DNA of 64,000 nt, taken from IMG/VR virus record IMGVR_UViG_3300027714_000005, one strand, 5' to 3'. The notes under the pieces are model-generated. The model was not told the DNA's origin. It searched no databases and saw only the letters and a program-made list of their open reading frames with translations. Position 1 is the stretch's first letter; every line of letters starts with the position of its first letter. A program made the position numbers and the translations under genes. This stretch comes from a virus. Below are positions 15,995 to 25,960 of the stretch, one piece after another.

Positions 15995-18117
15995 TGGCAT
16001 TAAATAAAACAGACCTAAATCTCGTTCTGAATGCAGAAGGTAGAAAGAAAGAAGTTGGTAATGCTAGGTTTCAAGACCAGTCTATAAGTGCTATCGAGGA
16101 AACATTTGTCAAAACGACAACAACCCTTGGACAAGAAGACGGTAAGATTCTCGGTGGTATCAAGTCATTAGGACAGTCTACCAATTCTTCGGAAGAGGTT
16201 ATTACTAGTGCTGTTGGTCTGATAACCGATACTCTCCCCGCATTGTCTGGTGCGAAAGGAAATGTGTTAACAGTCACCAATGCCACGGTACTAGACTCTG
16301 ATGGAAAGTTCTTACGATACAAGTTACCAAGTGATTCTGATGGTAGTCTTGTACTTAATGCATTATCGATAGACTCTGCCGGTGGTGTTGTTTCGGTAGT
16401 AAGAAGTCTTCTTGGTCGTGACTCAGATGACAATGCTCGTTCTTTTGGTTCTACAACCACGAGTGTTACTGCACTGACAGGTCTTCCTGCACTCAAGGCA
16501 AATGTCCCTACATCTGCACTTGCAGTAGTAACGGACGGAACTGGACAAAGTATTGCGGAATGTGTTAGTATTGCAGAACAAAAGAAGAATGCAGACTTTG
16601 CGGAGATTACCGCATTTACCGATGTCATTGAAGCGATGAGACCACCTGCCTCTGCTGGTGGTGGACTGTTTGGTAAGATCAAGTCTGCGATGAGTGCTGT
16701 GAGTTTTGCGGGTGGACTTGGTGCTACACTGAACCAACTCGCTCCAGTCGCTGCTCTAAACGACACTCTTGCTCAAGTGACTAGCAAAGTCAATGAATTG
16801 GAAACACTTGCGTTAGGTGCTACGGAGAAGTTTGCGGCACTAGGTACTGAGGCAATGGCAATTGGTGACGGAATGATCCAATCAACGTTAGATCAAGTTA
16901 CCAATATTACTGGTGTTCAGGATTTAATCGCGAAGGGTAATAACCTAAAAGACCAATTGAATACTCTACCTACAATAAATGATGTTATCGGAACAGATTT
17001 GAGTAATGTGGTTGATGTTGTTAACAAAGTTACCGATGAGGTTAATCAATTTGAATCTGATTTCGATCTACGTATTGACGAGGGGTTACTGGGTACTCTA
17101 CAGAATGTTGCGGAGGGTTTGACTGGTGATGCCGCAAGTTATATCTCAAACCTTGTTTCCGGTGGTATCGTTTCGTCTGATCAAGAAAGACAACAGATTC
17201 TTGCACAGTTTTCTAGTGATGATCCGAGACAAAAAAAGGAAGCTGTTAAGACCTTGACTGGTAAGTCCATCAATGTATCAGAACGAATGAAATCCATTAT
17301 CGGAACGGATGAGAATACCTCTACTACGTTAGAGATGCAAGTTCAGATGATTAAGAAGGCGAGAGAACAGGGTGTGCCTGAACAAGAGATTGCCATTGCT
17401 CAACAAGAGATATCTACTATTGACGATAAGATGAGTAAACTAGATACCACAATCGGTGGTTCTGTTGTTGTCGAAGCAAGTCTATTTGAAGAGGCTGTCT
17501 CAATCGATCAGTCGAGTAAATGGTCTGGTCGCAACAGTCCAGATGATATCTTTACATATATTTCTTCGGTAGAAGAGTTGGATGCCGAGTTTACTAATGT
17601 CCACCGAGAAGTTACCGAAGTTATTGTTCATGCCTCAGAGACTCACACCAATAAAAACATAGGTGCGATAGAGATAAATAACATACATACCGAACTTGGA
17701 CATGACGGTATTGGATATCATTATGTTATAAGAAGAGACGGTAGATTGCAACGTGGTAGACCAGTCAACACAGAGGGTGAACACGCAATTGTCAATGGAC
17801 ATGACAAACGATCTATTGGATTGGTCATGGTTGGTGGGTTGAACGTTTCTACTGGTGAAGACAATCCTACGAATTATAGGTCTGCCCAGTCATTCACAAG
17901 AGAACAGTTTACAACACTAGAGAAGTTCTTTGCTAGTTACTATCGCAGATTTCCGGGCGGTCAGGTGTTTGGACACAACGATGTTGATGAGGCCGAACAT
18001 GACCCATACTTTGATGTGGTAGATTATGTTGATTCGGTATTCAGGAAAAAGAATAAATTGATTGACCCCAAGACAAACGGCCCAATGAGTCCATCGGAGA
18101 TTAATAGTGACAACTAA
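15994..18117 (+). CDS. large virion protein with C-terminal N-acetylmuramoyl-L-alanine amidase (T7-lysozyme/amidase_2 type)
   Basis: IVHAS, H...G..GIGYHYVIRRDG.L..GRP, G.HA, SIG..MVGG, FT..Q..TL, VFGHND, DPYFDV. Confidence 0.85.
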   Translation: MALNKTDLNLVLNAEGRKKEVGNARFQDQSISAIEETFVKTTTTLGQEDGKILGGIKSLGQSTNSSEEVITSAVGLITDTLPALSGAKGNVLTVTNATVLDSDGKFLRYKLPSDSDGSLVLNALSIDSAGGVVSVVRSLLGRDSDDNARSFGSTTTSVTALTGLPALKANVPTSALAVVTDGTGQSIAECVSIAEQKKNADFAEITAFTDVIEAMRPPASAGGGLFGKIKSAMSAVSFAGGLGATLNQLAPVAALNDTLAQVTSKVNELETLALGATEKFAALGTEAMAIGDGMIQSTLDQVTNITGVQDLIAKGNNLKDQLNTLPTINDVIGTDLSNVVDVVNKVTDEVNQFESDFDLRIDEGLLGTLQNVAEGLTGDAASYISNLVSGGIVSSDQERQQILAQFSSDDPRQKKEAVKTLTGKSINVSERMKSIIGTDENTSTTLEMQVQMIKKAREQGVPEQEIAIAQQEISTIDDKMSKLDTTIGGSVVVEASLFEEAVSIDQSSKWSGRNSPDDIFTYISSVEELDAEFTNVHREVTEVIVHASETHTNKNIGAIEINNIHTELGHDGIGYHYVIRRDGRLQRGRPVNTEGEHAIVNGHDKRSIGLVMVGGLNVSTGEDNPTNYRSAQSFTREQFTTLEKFFASYYRRFPGGQVFGHNDVDEAEHDPYFDVVDYVDSVFRKKNKLIDPKTNGPMSPSEINSDN

Positions 18118-19609
18118 GAGAGACAGTTTTGATTTAAGAGTTGATAAAATCGGTGAAGGTGCTGAGAATTCTCTTGGTGTTGCCCAAGATGGTATGCAAG
18201 ACCCTACGGGAGAATATCCCAAGAGAGAATATAACTACGGTTCTTCAATCAACAAAGCATCACGTGGCACAAAGATAAACAATCTTTATGTCGGGGGTGG
18301 TGACATTGGGGTATCTTTAAATATCGAACCACAACGTCCATCCGAGTATCCGTTCAACCAAGTACAAGAGACTGTCTCCGGTCACGTCATCGAACAGGAT
18401 GACACGCCAGGCGGTGAACGTGTATTAATCAAACATCGTACTGGTGCGGGTGTTGAAATGAGAGCAGATGGTTCTGTTATCATCTCTGCTGTCAATAATA
18501 AGATTGAAGTGACTGGTGGTGATCAGACTGTTATCATTGAAGGTAATGGTAATCTAGTGTATCAAGGTAACCTCAACCTTAAAGTGACTGGTGACTATAA
18601 TGTAGACGTGGGTGGAAACTATAACGTTAATGTTGCTGGTAGTCTACGTGAGGATATCCTAGAGAACCACAAGACAACCGTCACGGGTAATCGTGAACTG
18701 ACCACAAAGAAGACCAAGACAACAAGAACCCTCGGAACCTCTACCGATGTCATGTTAGCAGATTATAATTCGTTTGTCAAACTTGATCAGAAAAACTTTG
18801 TTGAAGGTAATATGGAGTTTGCGTCAGAAGACAATATCTTTATGTCTGGTAAGGAAGCATTTGTTGTGTCGAGTAAGAACGCAAACATCACTGGTGCAAA
18901 ATACATTTCCATCATGGGACAGAAGGGTGCAATCGGTGGTAGAATGGTTGACTTCACAGGTAACGTATTCCAAGGTGGAGAAGGCCCTGTCGAGTATAAC
19001 TCTGGTGCGGTATTCTATGGTACGTTCATGGGTAAAGCATCCGAAGCGTGGAAGGCAAACAACGCAGACAATGCTGACCTTGCACTGAGATCGTATTTCG
19101 CCTCAAACGCAAAGCACTCACTGACAGCAGTAACCGCAGGAACCGCTGCGACAGGTGCTGCAACATTTAGTATACCCAAAATATTGTCGGCAGGTATACA
19201 TCTACCCAAGAAGACAAAAGAGTTTCAGTATCCCAGTTCTGGGCCTGCGGAAGTTCAGATCACTGGTGAGTGGGTTGTTGGTCAAGCGGTCAATGGTGAC
19301 TATGCAATCAAGACTGTTGTTCTTGACGGTGGTGACGTATTATTGGCAAAGACACTTCTTACTGATGATTACAATGACGTGTTCAACAAGATTCCTACTA
19401 CCCAAGAGATTCGTTCTGCTTTCCGAAACGCATCGTCTAGAGACTCAATTGGAAGTGTACTTGTTTCGGAAGAAAGACTCAACCCAGAATATAAATCAAA
19501 GTCCCCACCGAAAGTCGGTAGGACTGCAAAGAAATCCGCATCATCTAGATTTGGATTTGAACCGATTGGTAATGCAATCGAAAATAGAGGAAAGAGGTTT
19601 ACACCGTGA
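18107..19609 (+). CDS. gp5: gp5 C-terminal part (beta-helix needle)
   Basis: YP.NQV.ET.SGH.IE.DDTPG.ER....HRTG followed by V.GD/GN.NL.V.G beta-helix repeats. Confidence 0.85.
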   Translation: MTTKRDSFDLRVDKIGEGAENSLGVAQDGMQDPTGEYPKREYNYGSSINKASRGTKINNLYVGGGDIGVSLNIEPQRPSEYPFNQVQETVSGHVIEQDDTPGGERVLIKHRTGAGVEMRADGSVIISAVNNKIEVTGGDQTVIIEGNGNLVYQGNLNLKVTGDYNVDVGGNYNVNVAGSLREDILENHKTTVTGNRELTTKKTKTTRTLGTSTDVMLADYNSFVKLDQKNFVEGNMEFASEDNIFMSGKEAFVVSSKNANITGAKYISIMGQKGAIGGRMVDFTGNVFQGGEGPVEYNSGAVFYGTFMGKASEAWKANNADNADLALRSYFASNAKHSLTAVTAGTAATGAATFSIPKILSAGIHLPKKTKEFQYPSSGPAEVQITGEWVVGQAVNGDYAIKTVVLDGGDVLLAKTLLTDDYNDVFNKIPTTQEIRSAFRNASSRDSIGSVLVSEERLNPEYKSKSPPKVGRTAKKSASSRFGFEPIGNAIENRGKRFTP

Positions 19610-20199
19610 TAGTATTAGTTGATCCAGTTTATAATCCAGAATCTCAAGGTAGTATTACCGCTGCGACCAAGTTGGGGCCGGGAATTACAATCGCAAGGTT
19701 CCTCGGTGCGTATGGTGATAGAACACCATTCAATCATGTGGTAACTAACACTGCACGTAAACAGATTGCACGACACCTATATTTACAATCCGAAGCAATA
19801 CGAATTATCAACGGTAACACAAAGAACTTCAATGATGTTCGTTTGATTGTTTCGGAAGGTCTCTACAAACTCAGAGAGACTGATGCCAATGATGATATTA
19901 TGAAGAAGAAGTCTGATGGTAGACTTGTATATTATCAAGTAATAGATCAGGAAGGTAAGATCAATCTAGAGAAGACATTCGATGTTGCGGAATACTGGAA
20001 AGACTATATTAAGTTTGGTACATTGTACCTAGACTATGATAATTACAATCCAGACGGTAGTTTGACCGCATCAATTGGATTAGAGTTCCCTACAACACCA
20101 GCGACCTTCGACATTAGTTTTGCGGGAGACGTAAAAACTTATTTCAATAACGAACTAATGAGTGCAAACGAATTAGTAGAAATCGAGGAAAGTGACTAA
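19606..20199 (+). CDS. baseplate-region protein, possibly a degenerate peptidase M15 fold
   Basis: GTG start overlapping the upstream stop; spacing of KLGPGITIARF / IVSEGLY / F.TL.LDY recalls M15A without its His/Asp ligands. Confidence 0.6.
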   Translation: MIVLVDPVYNPESQGSITAATKLGPGITIARFLGAYGDRTPFNHVVTNTARKQIARHLYLQSEAIRIINGNTKNFNDVRLIVSEGLYKLRETDANDDIMKKKSDGRLVYYQVIDQEGKINLEKTFDVAEYWKDYIKFGTLYLDYDNYNPDGSLTASIGLEFPTTPATFDISFAGDVKTYFNNELMSANELVEIEESD

Positions 20200-20206
20200 A
20201 AAGTCA

Positions 20207-20214
20207 TATAAATA
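20207..20214 (+). promoter_or_regulatory. late promoter TATAAATA
   Basis: Immediately upstream of gp25. Confidence 0.8.
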
Positions 20215-20219
20215 GAACT

Positions 20220-20669
20220 ATGGCAATACGAAGAGCGTTCGCACAAGAAGATAGAGACCTACAAACGGCATCGGTATCAACGAGTCGTGTTAGGGAGTAT
20301 TCTGATATTGATTTAACATTTACCGCCAAACCGACTAGTGGAGAAATCTACAAGAAAACGGATGCAGCGGCAGTGAAACAATCAATCAAGACACTAGTAC
20401 TTACAAACTTACTGGAGAAACCATTTCGTCCCGACTTTGGTGGTCACTTGCAGGGACAGTTGTTTGAATTGGCAGATAGAGGAAAGTCGGCTTCTCTAAA
20501 GAGAGGTATCATGCAAAACATCGATGTATACGAACCAAGGGCAAAAGTTCTGGATGTGGTTGTGAATCTACAACCAGATAGAAATAGTTTAGATGTAACA
20601 ATAAAATTCAAGGTAGTGAATACCGAAGAACGGGTCGAATTCACTACTACACTTGCAAGGTTAAGATAA
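20220..20669 (+). CDS. gp25: baseplate wedge subunit gp25
   Basis: YSDIDL.F...P, AVKQSIK.LVLTN..EKPF.P.FG...LFE, YEPR. Confidence 0.95.
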   Translation: MAIRRAFAQEDRDLQTASVSTSRVREYSDIDLTFTAKPTSGEIYKKTDAAAVKQSIKTLVLTNLLEKPFRPDFGGHLQGQLFELADRGKSASLKRGIMQNIDVYEPRAKVLDVVVNLQPDRNSLDVTIKFKVVNTEERVEFTTTLARLR

Positions 20670-20670
20670 A

Positions 20671-22497
20671 ATGGCGACAACAATAAAATCCACATCGTTA
20701 GACTTTGATGCGATTAAGAATAACCTCAAGGTATTTCTTGCTGATAAGAACGAGTTTGCAGATTACAACTTCGAAGCATCTGGTCTTTCCAATATTTTGG
20801 ATGTCCTTGCATATAATACACATTATAATGCGTTGACCGCCAATTTTGCTTTGAACGAATCTTTCCTAGGGACGGCACAGTTACGTAGTTCTATAATCTC
20901 TCTTGCCGAGGGTATAGGTTACATTCCAGATTCGAAGACATCGTCTCAAGCAATTATTAAACTGTCGTTGAATCTTTCGGGTGTTGTTGGTCGTGATACC
21001 CATATTCAAATTCCGAGTGGAGTTAAGTTTAACGCAACTGTTGATGAGACCGAATACGTATTCCAGACACTAGAGAACATCTCTGCGGAAGACAACGGTG
21101 CTGGACTATATGAGTTCGATAACGCATCTGGGAATAAGAACATTAAGATACATGAAGGAACCGAGAGGGTTAAGACCTTCATCGTTTCTAGAGCTGAAGA
21201 CAACGAAGTCTATATCATTCCTGACAAATCAATAGATATTGATACCGCAATTGTTCGTGTATATGAACAACCGTCTTCTTCAGTATTCCTTCCGTATACA
21301 AACATTGTTAATGCTAACACCATTAGTGAAAATTCGACACTGTACATCCTCAAAGAATCACCTAACGGTCTCTTTGAATTGTCCTTTGGTAACGGAACAA
21401 CCTTGGGTAAAGCACCCCCGACTGGTTCAAAGGTTACGGTAACTTATCTTGCCAGTAGTGGTTCACCATCAAACGCTGCTAAGACTTTCGAGCCACAGTC
21501 TGGTGTAAGTGTTGCGGGTCAGACCTACAATATGACAGTAACAACGGTTGCTGATGCGGTTGGTGGTTCTTCGAAAGAAACTATAGAGTCTATTAGACAA
21601 ACTGCACCATTCCAATATGCAACACAAAATAGAATGGTAACTGCGGTAGATTACTCTGCACTGGTATTAAGAAACTTCTCCACACTGATTAAAGATATTC
21701 AATCATTTGGTGGTGAGGATGCACTCGACCCAGAATTTGGTACAGTGTTCCTATCAATCCTATTCAACGCAGACGTTGATGTTGTTACCGAACAAGAAAC
21801 CAAGGATGCTATTACTGACCTTTCTAAACAGTTAGCTGTTGCATCATTCAAGGTTAAGTTTACCGACCCAATAAAAACTTTTATTGAGACTAAAACTTTC
21901 TTCCAGTTCAACCCCACTTTGACAACACTATCAAGAAACACTATTCAAGATTCTGTGAACAATGTTATCACTGCGTACTTTAGTGCAAACACTGGCAAGT
22001 TCAATCAGTCCTATAGACGTTCTAATCTATTGACACTTGTTGATGATGTCAGTCCTGCGATATTGTCCTCTCGTACAGAAACTTTGATGCAGAGAAGATT
22101 CACCCCAACGTTGACTAAAATTCAAGATCACACTCTTCGATTCGTTACTACTCTGAAATCAACTGACGATTTGTTATATACCGTGACATCCTCACAGTTT
22201 GGATTTCAGAACAAGACGTGTATCATAAGAAACAAATTAAACACAAACAAACTAGAAGTGTTTAATGGTGAAGACAATGAAGTTCTTGTTGATAACGTAG
22301 GTTCGTTTGCGGGTGATACCGTTTCTATTGTTGGTCTACAAATCGACAACCTTATTGGTACAAACACATACATTAAAATCTCAGCAAAACCTGCTAATGA
22401 AAGTGCGATAACACCATTTAGACAGGATATAATTGAGTTAGACCCAGCGAACACATTCTCTCGTATTGTTGATGTTGATACTGGGGTCACTAACTAA
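20671..22497 (+). CDS. gp6: baseplate wedge subunit gp6
   Basis: LDFD.IK.NLK.FL, F.DYNFE.SGLS..LDVLAYNTHY, GG...E.IESIR..AP..Y.TQNR.VT..DY. Confidence 0.95.
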   Translation: MATTIKSTSLDFDAIKNNLKVFLADKNEFADYNFEASGLSNILDVLAYNTHYNALTANFALNESFLGTAQLRSSIISLAEGIGYIPDSKTSSQAIIKLSLNLSGVVGRDTHIQIPSGVKFNATVDETEYVFQTLENISAEDNGAGLYEFDNASGNKNIKIHEGTERVKTFIVSRAEDNEVYIIPDKSIDIDTAIVRVYEQPSSSVFLPYTNIVNANTISENSTLYILKESPNGLFELSFGNGTTLGKAPPTGSKVTVTYLASSGSPSNAAKTFEPQSGVSVAGQTYNMTVTTVADAVGGSSKETIESIRQTAPFQYATQNRMVTAVDYSALVLRNFSTLIKDIQSFGGEDALDPEFGTVFLSILFNADVDVVTEQETKDAITDLSKQLAVASFKVKFTDPIKTFIETKTFFQFNPTLTTLSRNTIQDSVNNVITAYFSANTGKFNQSYRRSNLLTLVDDVSPAILSSRTETLMQRRFTPTLTKIQDHTLRFVTTLKSTDDLLYTVTSSQFGFQNKTCIIRNKLNTNKLEVFNGEDNEVLVDNVGSFAGDTVSIVGLQIDNLIGTNTYIKISAKPANESAITPFRQDIIELDPANTFSRIVDVDTGVTN

Positions 22498-23507
22498 TGT
22501 CAAAACGGAATGACACACTAGTTGACATTGGACGCAGAGAACTTGCGTTCGATGGCCATGCAGTACAAAGCATTTTACCAGCTTTCTTTGCTGACGATTA
22601 CCCGAAACTTATCACACTTCTAAATTACTATTATGAATTCGAAGACCGTGATGAGTCTGCCGGAAAGCTGGTTCATGAGTTATTCTTTAGTCGCGATATT
22701 ACACAGACAGACTTAAAGTTACTCAGTTTCATTGAAGACGAACTTCTACTAGGACAATCATACTTCGAAGGGTTCGCTGACAAAAGAGCTGCTGCAAAAT
22801 ATTCCAGTAGTCTATATCGTTCCAAGGGAACCAAATATTCTATAGAACAGTTCTTTAGAACCTTCTTTGGAGTTGACCCTGAAATAATCTACACCAAAGA
22901 AAACGTGTTTAAAGTTGGTGACGATCAGTCTACTATCGGTATCGAGAATCAAAGATACCTTACTGATAACAAATTATACCAGACATTTGCACTACTTGTC
23001 AAGACCGACATCGCCTTTAATGACTGGAAAGAACCATATAAACTATTCACTCACCCCGCTGGAATGTATGTGGGGTCAGAGGTTCAGATTGTATCGGTAG
23101 TAACTGACACGTTGACCGCACCTCTAGTTGTAGTGGAACCACCACCACCTCTTGCTGTTCATTCAACCGCATCTTTTGGAGACTTCGCGATAATGGATAT
23201 CACTGCTCTTGTTGATGACCTATATACAGATTCAGCAGGTGTTCTAAGTAGAATTAATGCAGAACTCACTTCGATAGAAGATTTCTCTCTCGAACAGATA
23301 CAGACAATTAACAATCAGTACTCTTCATTGCGTGAAGCACAGACTGCAACATCACCTACGTTTGATGATTCAGACGCATCTGCAACTAACGGTATGGACT
23401 TGAGTAACAACTTCTCCTTCGAGACGTTAGACCAAGATAGACATCAATCGTGGAGTTCAGACTCAGATCAATACGTAAAAAGTTTTGGTATACCGATTAA
23501 TTACTAA
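22497..23507 (+). CDS. gp7: baseplate wedge subunit gp7-like
   Basis: LP.FF..DYP.L...L..YY, LYRSKGT..SI..FFR.FFG, YQ.F, HPAG; between gp6 and gp8. Confidence 0.75.
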   Translation: MSKRNDTLVDIGRRELAFDGHAVQSILPAFFADDYPKLITLLNYYYEFEDRDESAGKLVHELFFSRDITQTDLKLLSFIEDELLLGQSYFEGFADKRAAAKYSSSLYRSKGTKYSIEQFFRTFFGVDPEIIYTKENVFKVGDDQSTIGIENQRYLTDNKLYQTFALLVKTDIAFNDWKEPYKLFTHPAGMYVGSEVQIVSVVTDTLTAPLVVVEPPPPLAVHSTASFGDFAIMDITALVDDLYTDSAGVLSRINAELTSIEDFSLEQIQTINNQYSSLREAQTATSPTFDDSDASATNGMDLSNNFSFETLDQDRHQSWSSDSDQYVKSFGIPINY

Positions 23508-23516
23508 TTAAACTCT

Positions 23517-23524
23517 TATAAATA
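23517..23524 (+). promoter_or_regulatory. late promoter TATAAATA
   Basis: Upstream of the 23547 ORF. Confidence 0.8.
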
Positions 23525-23546
23525 GTATGAACAACAGGACTATAAA

Positions 23547-24578
23547 ATGGCACGACAGACACTAAACAGAGGATCAGCGGCAAATGACGGAACGGGTGAC
23601 ACCCTTCGCATTGCAGCTCAGAAGATCAATGAGAACTTTTCGGAACTCTATACCAGTATTGGTGGTGATTCGGCAACAACTAGCGTAACACTTACCGCTA
23701 TTGGTGCTGTGTTCGAAGGTTCGATTGCCGATGGTCACGAGACAAACTTAATCGCGGTCAATCCGACTGGGGATAGGGATGTTTATATCCCGAATGCTAG
23801 TGGCACTATCGTGTTAGATTCTGATACGCAGACCTTGACTAACAAGACTATTCTTGTTCCGATAATGACAACCCCTAAGATTCGTGATGCGAACGCAAGT
23901 CATACCTACAATGTTACTGTAGGCGACATCAGTGCGAATCGTAACATCGCTCTTCCTGTATTGGGTGCGGGTGATACCTTTGTATTTGAGAATCACACAC
24001 AAACTTTAACCAACAAAACACTAACCTCACCAAGTTTGGTAAACATCAAGTTGGGTGGTTTATCCGGTGGTTCGTTACTACTAGACAGTTCTAGTAATGA
24101 GTACTTAAAGTTTGTTAAGACTGCAAGTGCGGTTAACTTTGTTACCGTCACAAACTCTGCGACAGGTAATGCAGCTGCAATCGATGTTGACGGTGGTGAT
24201 ACTAATATCAGTCTGAAGATTGGTGCAAAGGGTACTGGTGCAGTACAGATTATAAACAAACTTGTTCTTGAAAAGGGAACAGATGTTGCAACTACAACTG
24301 CTGTAGATTTGTCCGAACCATTAACAGTATTTAACTCTGGTAGTCTGATTCTTCCGACTATCGGAGACGGCACTATTCAAGCTGAAGTAAAACACTTCAG
24401 TAATGTAGGTGCTGGTGAAGTAAGATTACAAGCAGGAAGTACAACTAAAATATTTGGTTGTAATAACAATGGTTACGTTTCCTTCGGTGAAGGTGACGGA
24501 TGTATACTAGTATGGAACACAACAAAAAGCAAATGGTTTTTTGTGTCTAATAACGGCACAACAATAGTGAACCCCTAA
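23547..24578 (+). CDS. baseplate fibre connector with gp9/gp10-type N-terminus
   Basis: ARQ.LN.G..ANDGTGDTLR.A..KIN.NF.ELY; two TQTLTNKT repeats. Confidence 0.75.
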   Translation: MARQTLNRGSAANDGTGDTLRIAAQKINENFSELYTSIGGDSATTSVTLTAIGAVFEGSIADGHETNLIAVNPTGDRDVYIPNASGTIVLDSDTQTLTNKTILVPIMTTPKIRDANASHTYNVTVGDISANRNIALPVLGAGDTFVFENHTQTLTNKTLTSPSLVNIKLGGLSGGSLLLDSSSNEYLKFVKTASAVNFVTVTNSATGNAAAIDVDGGDTNISLKIGAKGTGAVQIINKLVLEKGTDVATTTAVDLSEPLTVFNSGSLILPTIGDGTIQAEVKHFSNVGAGEVRLQAGSTTKIFGCNNNGYVSFGEGDGCILVWNTTKSKWFFVSNNGTTIVNP

Positions 24579-24590
24579 AGGATAAAAGAA

Positions 24591-25949
24591 ATGGCGATTA
24601 TTACTAATCCAATTAAAAAGCAAGTGATCCAAGCTCTGAAGACTGATGTCGAGTTATCGAGCACACATTACTTTGCGGTAATTGGTCGTTCAGAAGATTG
24701 GAACGCAACTGACACTGCACCGTCCCCACTCAATTCTAGGAAAGAAGAGAGAGATTTCCGTCTGTCTGCACAGTCTGCGAAGAAAGTAATTGACCTTTCA
24801 TTTGTTGTTCCTCGTTACAACTGGTCTTCTGGTGCAATTTATTCACGATACGATGATGCTGTAGTTGGGTATCCAACACAGACATACTATGTCATGAACG
24901 ACAACAACCAAGTTTATATGTGTATACAACAGGGACAGAACGTTTCTGGTCAAGCACAGGTATCTACGGTTCAACCTAGTGGTAACACAACGGGTATTCC
25001 TTTTGACACTGCGGATGGATACATCTGGAAGTTCTTGTACTCTATTGGTGCGTTGGACGCGACTAAGTTTGTTTCTGCAAACTACCTTCCAGTAACATTG
25101 GTTGGTACTACCGACTCGGATTCTCCGGCTGCAATCATAGAACAAAAGACTATTCAGAACGCTGCGGTAGTGGGACAGGTTATTGGTTATGCAGTTGATT
25201 CGGGTGGTGCTGGTTATTCCTCTTCACCGACAATCACCGTTTCTGGTAACGGAACAAAGGCAAAAGCAAACTCCTTCATCTCTGGTGGTGCGGTAACTAA
25301 GGTTACATTGATCGATAGTTCTGGTTTATACACACTTGGTTCTGGATATAATTGGGCAGAAGTTACTATTACTGGTGGTGGTTCTCCAACCAAACCCGCC
25401 TCAATCCGTCCAATCTTATCTACTCCATTAGGATTAGGTGGAGACCCAAGAGACGATTTGCGATCAACAGCAATCATGTTTAACACAAAACCTTCTGGTA
25501 CAGAATCAACGGACTTTATTGTTGGTAATGATTTCCGTCAGGTTGGTCTGTTAAAGAATCCAATGGATTCAAGTGGTAGCACTTTGTTTACAGAAACTAC
25601 AGGCATAGCTCTGAAGAAAATAAACCTGTCCACAGTGACTGCTGATTTCACCGCAGATAATACCATCAAAGGTAGTACATCTGGAATCGAAGCAATCATT
25701 GACAAAGTTGACAGTTCTAATGTTTGGTATCACCAGACTTCAGTAACGGGATTTGGAAACTTCGCTCAAGGTGAGGCAGTTACAGAAACTAACGGAACTG
25801 GTGTTGGTGTATTGAATTCAAGTGTAACTCCATATTATGAACCTGAGATAGATACTATGTCTGGAGAACTACTATATATTGATAACCGTGCTTCTATTAC
25901 ACGTGCTTCAGACCAGACCGAAGATATTAAACTCGTAATCCAAATTTAA
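24591..25949 (+). CDS. gp8: baseplate wedge subunit gp8
   Basis: VVPRYNW.SG..Y..YD, YYVMN...VY.C, DGYIWKFLY, SGELLYIDNR..I.R..DQ.EDIKLV. Confidence 0.93.
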   Translation: MAIITNPIKKQVIQALKTDVELSSTHYFAVIGRSEDWNATDTAPSPLNSRKEERDFRLSAQSAKKVIDLSFVVPRYNWSSGAIYSRYDDAVVGYPTQTYYVMNDNNQVYMCIQQGQNVSGQAQVSTVQPSGNTTGIPFDTADGYIWKFLYSIGALDATKFVSANYLPVTLVGTTDSDSPAAIIEQKTIQNAAVVGQVIGYAVDSGGAGYSSSPTITVSGNGTKAKANSFISGGAVTKVTLIDSSGLYTLGSGYNWAEVTITGGGSPTKPASIRPILSTPLGLGGDPRDDLRSTAIMFNTKPSGTESTDFIVGNDFRQVGLLKNPMDSSGSTLFTETTGIALKKINLSTVTADFTADNTIKGSTSGIEAIIDKVDSSNVWYHQTSVTGFGNFAQGEAVTETNGTGVGVLNSSVTPYYEPEIDTMSGELLYIDNRASITRASDQTEDIKLVIQI

Positions 25950-25960
25950 GGTTATAACCG

